From Ascoidea asiatica JCM 7603 (Eukaryota; Fungi; Ascomycota), in NCBI GenBank assembly GCA_001600695.1, contig BCKQ01000018.1, forward strand, positions 143,376 to 207,375: DNA of 64,000 nucleotides, written 5' to 3'. Below the pieces are notes generated by a model. The model saw nothing but the letters and a program-made list of their open reading frames with translations, searched no databases and was not told the DNA's origin. Below are positions 58,796 to 64,000 of the stretch, piece by piece. The position numbers and the translations under genes were made by a program. Position 1 is the first letter of the stretch. The number at the start of each line of letters is the position of its first letter.

Positions 58796-60821
58796 TTATC
58801 TATATATGAAGTTCCCTGTTCTTGTAATATATTTCACCCCTTTATATGGTTTAATGTTTTCGCCAACGCCTTTGCTACTCAATACTTTCAACGATTCTAC
58901 TCTTATGCCACTAGGCACTGAACCTTTGCATTCATAGTTCATTGAAATAAAAGCCGGAAAAAGCAGAGTAGGGGTATATTCTTTTTTCTTTTTAGCTTTA
59001 TCATTTTTATTTGAGTTGTCATTGCTGTTATCTGAATCACCTTGACATTCTACAACATATTCAGCCATAGGCAATTCCTCCACTTCATTATCACTTTCAT
59101 CATCATCTTCACTACTTGGAACCACATAACCTCTTAATATTGGATTAATTCCAGTTAAAATACTACTATTAAATACCCATTCACTTTTTCCGTTTGAGTT
59201 ATACTGAAAATCACCTTGAGAAATACTAATTATTTTTATTGAAGAAATATCATCTTTTATTAAAGTAGAATTAATTTCGATTTTTAGGTTATCAATGGTT
59301 TTAATGCTTTTAAGCTTATTAATAAATACTTTAATCTCAAACTGATTCTCAGATGGTCCTAAACCAGTTCTATAATCTAATGAGACTATACCTAAATTTT
59401 TTGAATAATGTTGATTTTTATTCTTCAAAATATCAACTTCGTAATTCATTAATATTGATTTCCCATCAGGAGGTATAAAGGATAATACACCGGGAGATTG
59501 ACACCAGTTTTCAACTCTTATACAAGGATGAAAACTTGGTAAAATATGAGTTAAGTCATGTCCATTTAAATTTAATATCATTTGTAAATCAGGTATACCA
59601 GTAAGATGTGTTGTAAGTCTAATTTCTCCATTGATATTAACCATTATAGGTTTTGAAACAGATTTATAATCATAATCATAAGTTGGATTATAAAATGCAG
59701 AAGACCCATTTAAATTTCTTACTTTATTTTTTTTCTTCTTAGTTGGACTCATTATAACATTTATAGTTTCAACTAAATCAACAAATAATTCATTTGTATT
59801 ATATTTAACGTTTTGCTTCCTCCATGGAATTTCAGGAGCAGAATCTTTATTCAAATATTTTTTTATTTGGGGATTATTTGATCTTCCTTGAAGTGAAGCA
59901 GTGGAAGAAGAAACTGCTTTACTTGCCATTGAAGTTGTAGTGGAGATAAATTTACTTAACAAACCTTCAAATTGTATAATATCTCGTAATCGATTTAAAT
60001 CTGTAGTGAAGGGGTATCCACCTTGCACCATTTCATTAATTAATAAACATAATATATCGAAATTTGCTTCTAGCTTTATTGGATTTAAAGGTCTTCCAAA
60101 ATAATTCTCTATCACTTCAATTAATCTTTTGAAAAAGGTAAAAGGTATTAACGGATTGATTGAGTTATAAGATTTGATCTCAAAAGAGCTTTTTTCTAAA
60201 TGCTTATTACTGTTTTCATTTTCACTTGAATTGGAAGCATCAGAATCAGAATCAGAACTACCTTCGTAATCACTTTCCGAAAACTCATTTGAAATTTCAA
60301 CATCAGATGTTCTTTCAAGATATGAATTTTCATTAGTTTGAGTATAGTTTTCAGAATCTAAAATAATTTTTTGTTTTTTTTCCATTTTCTTGAATTGACA
60401 TACAAGATAAAAAGTTAAATTTTTTTCAGTATGATGGCAAACAACTAATTCATCAGATAAATGTATGAATGGATCAATGGAATTACTAGAATTCGATTTT
60501 GTAGAATAATCATAGTTTTCAGCTATCGATGAATTGGAACTCTTTATGTGCTGAACTTTTGAAATCAAAGAATTAAAATATGATTCATTATTAGAAAATG
60601 GGTAATCGAATACAAGATTACTTTAAAGAAAAATAAAAAAATTATAGTTAGTTATTTGAATGTCAAAATTGTTTCTTGATTCGATTGACAAATCTTCAAA
60701 ATAATCACTCTGCCCTCAAAAAACAGTAATCGTTGGAATTCAAAAAAAAAAAATCACCTCAAATCATTTAAAATACATACTCCTTGTTGTCAGTTATATA
60801 CAATGCTTTGAACAAATCCAT
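58796..60821 (-). CDS. APM3: AP-3 mu subunit; exons 60821-60781 + 60620-58796
   Basis: ATG at 60821 (MDLFKALYITDNK), GTATGT at 60780, AACTAAC ~60653-47, AAG 60623-21 restores frame (DNLVFDY). Motifs IPWR..V.Y..NELFVD, SFHPCI, SFIPPDG, KPYKGVKY. Confidence 0.88.
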
Positions 60822-61194
60822 TGCTTTGAAGAAAATAAAAGATATAAAGAAAATAAAATCACTTTTTTGAATTAATTCGTCATTCGTCTTTGTTTATACC
60901 CAGCTTTATCGGTGATGAAATCCGTCGCGGATATTATCCAGAAAACAAAGCACCGCGCTACGGATTTTGTTGTTTTCTCAATTGTCGTTTGACGTCTTCG
61001 AAAAGCTCTTTTTATTTGTGTCAACTGAAGGCTAGATAGATCATAAAACTAAGTGAAAACAAATTAAGATCATTGCTTCTTACGATTGATTCAATAAAAG
61101 TAATCTCCATTAGAGTATTTTATTTATGGTAAAAGAATAATGTGCTATATAATGAAACAATTAGCAGAGATGATATCCTTTGATCTAACAAATA

Positions 61195-61647
61195 TTAAAC
61201 AGCAATGTCCTCATCCCAAACTTCTGGCTTTTCTTTTATGAATTTTTGTAACAAATTTTTACAATCTTCATCTTTAAGATTTATAACTTCTACACCATGA
61301 CTTTTGAGAAAAGATTCAGCTCCAACATATGTATCATTTTCACCCATTACAACTCTTTTAATACCATAGAATACAATTGTTCCGGAACACATTTGACAAG
61401 GAGATAAAGTAGTATACATTGTACAATCTTTATATACTGAAGCTGGTAATCTACCTGCTTTTTCTAAAGTTGACATTTCACCATGTAAAATTGCACTATT
61501 TTTTTGAACTCTTTGATTATGGCCTGCTGCAAATAATTTTCCTTCACTGTTGATCATAGCTCCACCAATTGGAATACCACCTTCTTTATAGCTTTTCAAA
61601 GCTTGCTCATAAGCAATCTTAATACCTTTTTGATCATCAAATGCCAT
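61195..61647 (-). CDS. FCY1: Cytosine deaminase
   Basis: EGGIPIG, HN.RVQ..SAILHGE, TTLSPC.MC, W.EDI. Confidence 0.96.
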   Translation of the reverse strand: MAFDDQKGIKIAYEQALKSYKEGGIPIGGAMINSEGKLFAAGHNQRVQKNSAILHGEMSTLEKAGRLPASVYKDCTMYTTLSPCQMCSGTIVFYGIKRVVMGENDTYVGAESFLKSHGVEVINLKDEDCKNLLQKFIKEKPEVWDEDIAV

Positions 61648-61802
61648 TAGTAAAATTATATCTACAATATCACTATTAAACTTTTTTAAGTTAAAATTGA
61701 TTTATTTTATCTATTTTTATATAAATATGCTAGCTATTTCAAACAAAATTTGTTTCTACGTTAAGCAATTAATTAAATTATATAAATATATTTACAATAA
61801 AT

Positions 61803-63573
61803 TTATTGAATCTCAATTTCAATAGATGATCCATCATTTGATTTTATATGAATTAAGGATTTAGTCGCTAAAGTCAATATTCCACTAAAGGCCCTTGCAG
61901 CAGTTTGTCTAGATACGGAGGGCCTAGTAACGGGAAACAATTTTTCAAATGTTAAATTTGGTTGTTCATGATCTTCAATATAACTAAATAATTTTTTAGC
62001 ATTATTATCTAATTCTCCAACTTTTTGAGTTGCAAGTTTTGGTGCTCCAATGGGTAATGAAAGTTCTATTCATAGAAACAATTTTTATTTTTTTATTTTT
62101 GTTGTTAGTAGGTATTTTTTAAGTTAAAATGAGAATCGTTTATAGAAAAAAAGAAAAAAAATTCAGGGATGAAAAATTCAAAGAAAGAATATAACTTACG
62201 TTCTTCTTGTAATGTTAATAAAATATCACTTTGAGGAGTAGTTCTCATTCTTGATTTAGATATAGATCCTAAACCACTTTTCATATTACCTGGAGTTCTT
62301 TCTTTTTCTTGAGAATTTAAGAAAAAATCAATCGAAGGACTTCTATATTTTTTTTGAATTTCAGATTCTTTTGTTGGAGTAATTAAATTATCATTATTAT
62401 TTCTTTTTTTATTATTTATATTAATTTCATTAATATCAAAATCTTCTAAATTTGGAAAAGAAAGATTAATATCATTTAATTTTTCATTATTATTAATTTC
62501 TTCATTTGCAAAAGGATCATCAAATTGAATATCAAAATCAAATTCATTATCTTGATTTAATTTTTCTGGAATATTATCATTATTTATATTTTTATCATTG
62601 ATATTTATAAATGGATCATTAATGCCAATTGAATTAGATCTAGATCTTCGATTAAGAGCATGTCTACCTAATTCAATACTTGAAGATCTTCTATTATTAT
62701 TATTATTATTATCATTATTATTATTTCTAAAAATCTCTTGTTTATTTTCATTAAAATTTTCATTATTTTCATTTTGATTATTTTTAAGATTTTTTTTTAA
62801 ATTATTATTATAAATATTAGAAATTTTATTAGTATTAAAAGTATTAATTGAAGGTAATAAAGAATTTGGTATATAATTACAAAAATTATTATTATTAATT
62901 TTATTTTTTAAATTATTATTATTAATTAAATAATTTAAAGAAAAATTAAACATTTTATTATTAATTGAATTTAATGATTGATAATGAATAAAATCATTAA
63001 ATTTTAAATTTAAATTATTTTTATTTTGAATTAAAAAATAATTTTTTTTAAAATTAATTAATTTCATTCTAAATTTATAAAAATTATTTAAATTTTTAAT
63101 TTTTAATGAAGATAAATTTGTTTTATTATCAATTTTTAATGGAATTATTGAAGAATTATAATTATAATTATTATTATTTATTTTTCTTTTTTTTCTTTTA
63201 TGTTGATTTTCAATATTAATATTATTATCAATATTATTATTTTGAAATTTTATTAAATTTTGAATTTCTAATTCATTTTGATTTAAATTATTTATATTAT
63301 TATTTATATTATTTATATTATTTATATTATTTATATTATTTATATTATTTATATTGTTTTCATTATTTTGTATATTATTAATATTTTCAAAATTTTGATT
63401 AAATGGATTAATTAAATGTGGATCATCTAAATCTAAATCAAAATTTATATTAAAATCAAAATCATCATTTTGAATAATATTTTTATTTTCATAATCTTGA
63501 GAATTAAAATTTAAATTTAATTCATTTGATAAATCTAATTGAAGATCTTGATTTTCAGAAAATATTGATAATC

Positions 63574-63604
<31 letters not shown>

Positions 63605-64000
63605 AATGAAAGAGTTATTAATATTTATAAGAGAAGTATTATCAATAGATAAATCATAATCTTTTATCATTTTTTTTCTTTCTAATTTTTTATTTAATTC
63701 TTTTTTAAAAAAATTATTTTCATTATTTTCATTATTTTCATTATTTTCATTATTTTCATTAATTTCATTATCTGAATTATTTTCATCAATTTTATAATTA
63801 TTATTTAAATTTTCATTATAAAAAAAGTTAATATTCATATTATTATTTTTATTCTTAGTTTTATTAATATTATTAAATTGATCAAAATCTGAAAATTGTA
63901 AATTTAAAGAAGGTAATAAACCTAAATCAATATCAAAAGCAGGATCATCATTTAATAATAAATTTTTTTTAAGATTTATATTTAAATTATTAAAATAATT
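61803..64000 (-). CDS. REC8: Rad21/Rec8 kleisin, probably meiotic Rec8 (5' truncated); exons >64000-62200 + 62065-61803
   Basis: Frame open to window end with LNDDPAFD; SSIELGR separase-like site; intron GTAAGT 62199, TACTAAC 62110-04, TAG 62068-66; last exon F.KLFP...SR..AARAF..IL.LAT resembles the kleisin winged helix. Confidence 0.75.

Overview
Very AT-rich budding-yeast (Saccharomycotina) genomic DNA. The Asn-rich proteins and sparse introns suggest an Ascoidea-like species (inference). The window has two sharply separated domains. (1) Positions 1 to ~21.9 kb lack intact host genes and are a nested transposon graveyard. It holds two or three decayed Ty1/copia elements, one with a Ty5-type half-tRNA PBS; four copies of a ~1.03-kb LTR carrying paired inverted RTCACATG (CDEI/Cbf1-like) motifs; a nested 229-bp solo LTR; probable Ty3/gypsy fragments; and a decayed piggyBac transposase, unusual for a budding yeast. 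This block is a candidate regional centromere or pericentromere. (2) Positions ~22.2-64 kb are gene-dense: IST2, SWM1/APC13, KRE1 (intron, missed by the ORF track), CDC33, UTP10, KRE6/SKN1, MBA1, DBF2, SRB5/MED18, YHC3, BNA3, a repeat-rich cell-wall protein, DPH1, ERG29, MAK5, GID8, APM3 (intron), FCY1 and the 3' part of a REC8-like kleisin (intron). All calls come from reading motifs by eye; no searches were run.
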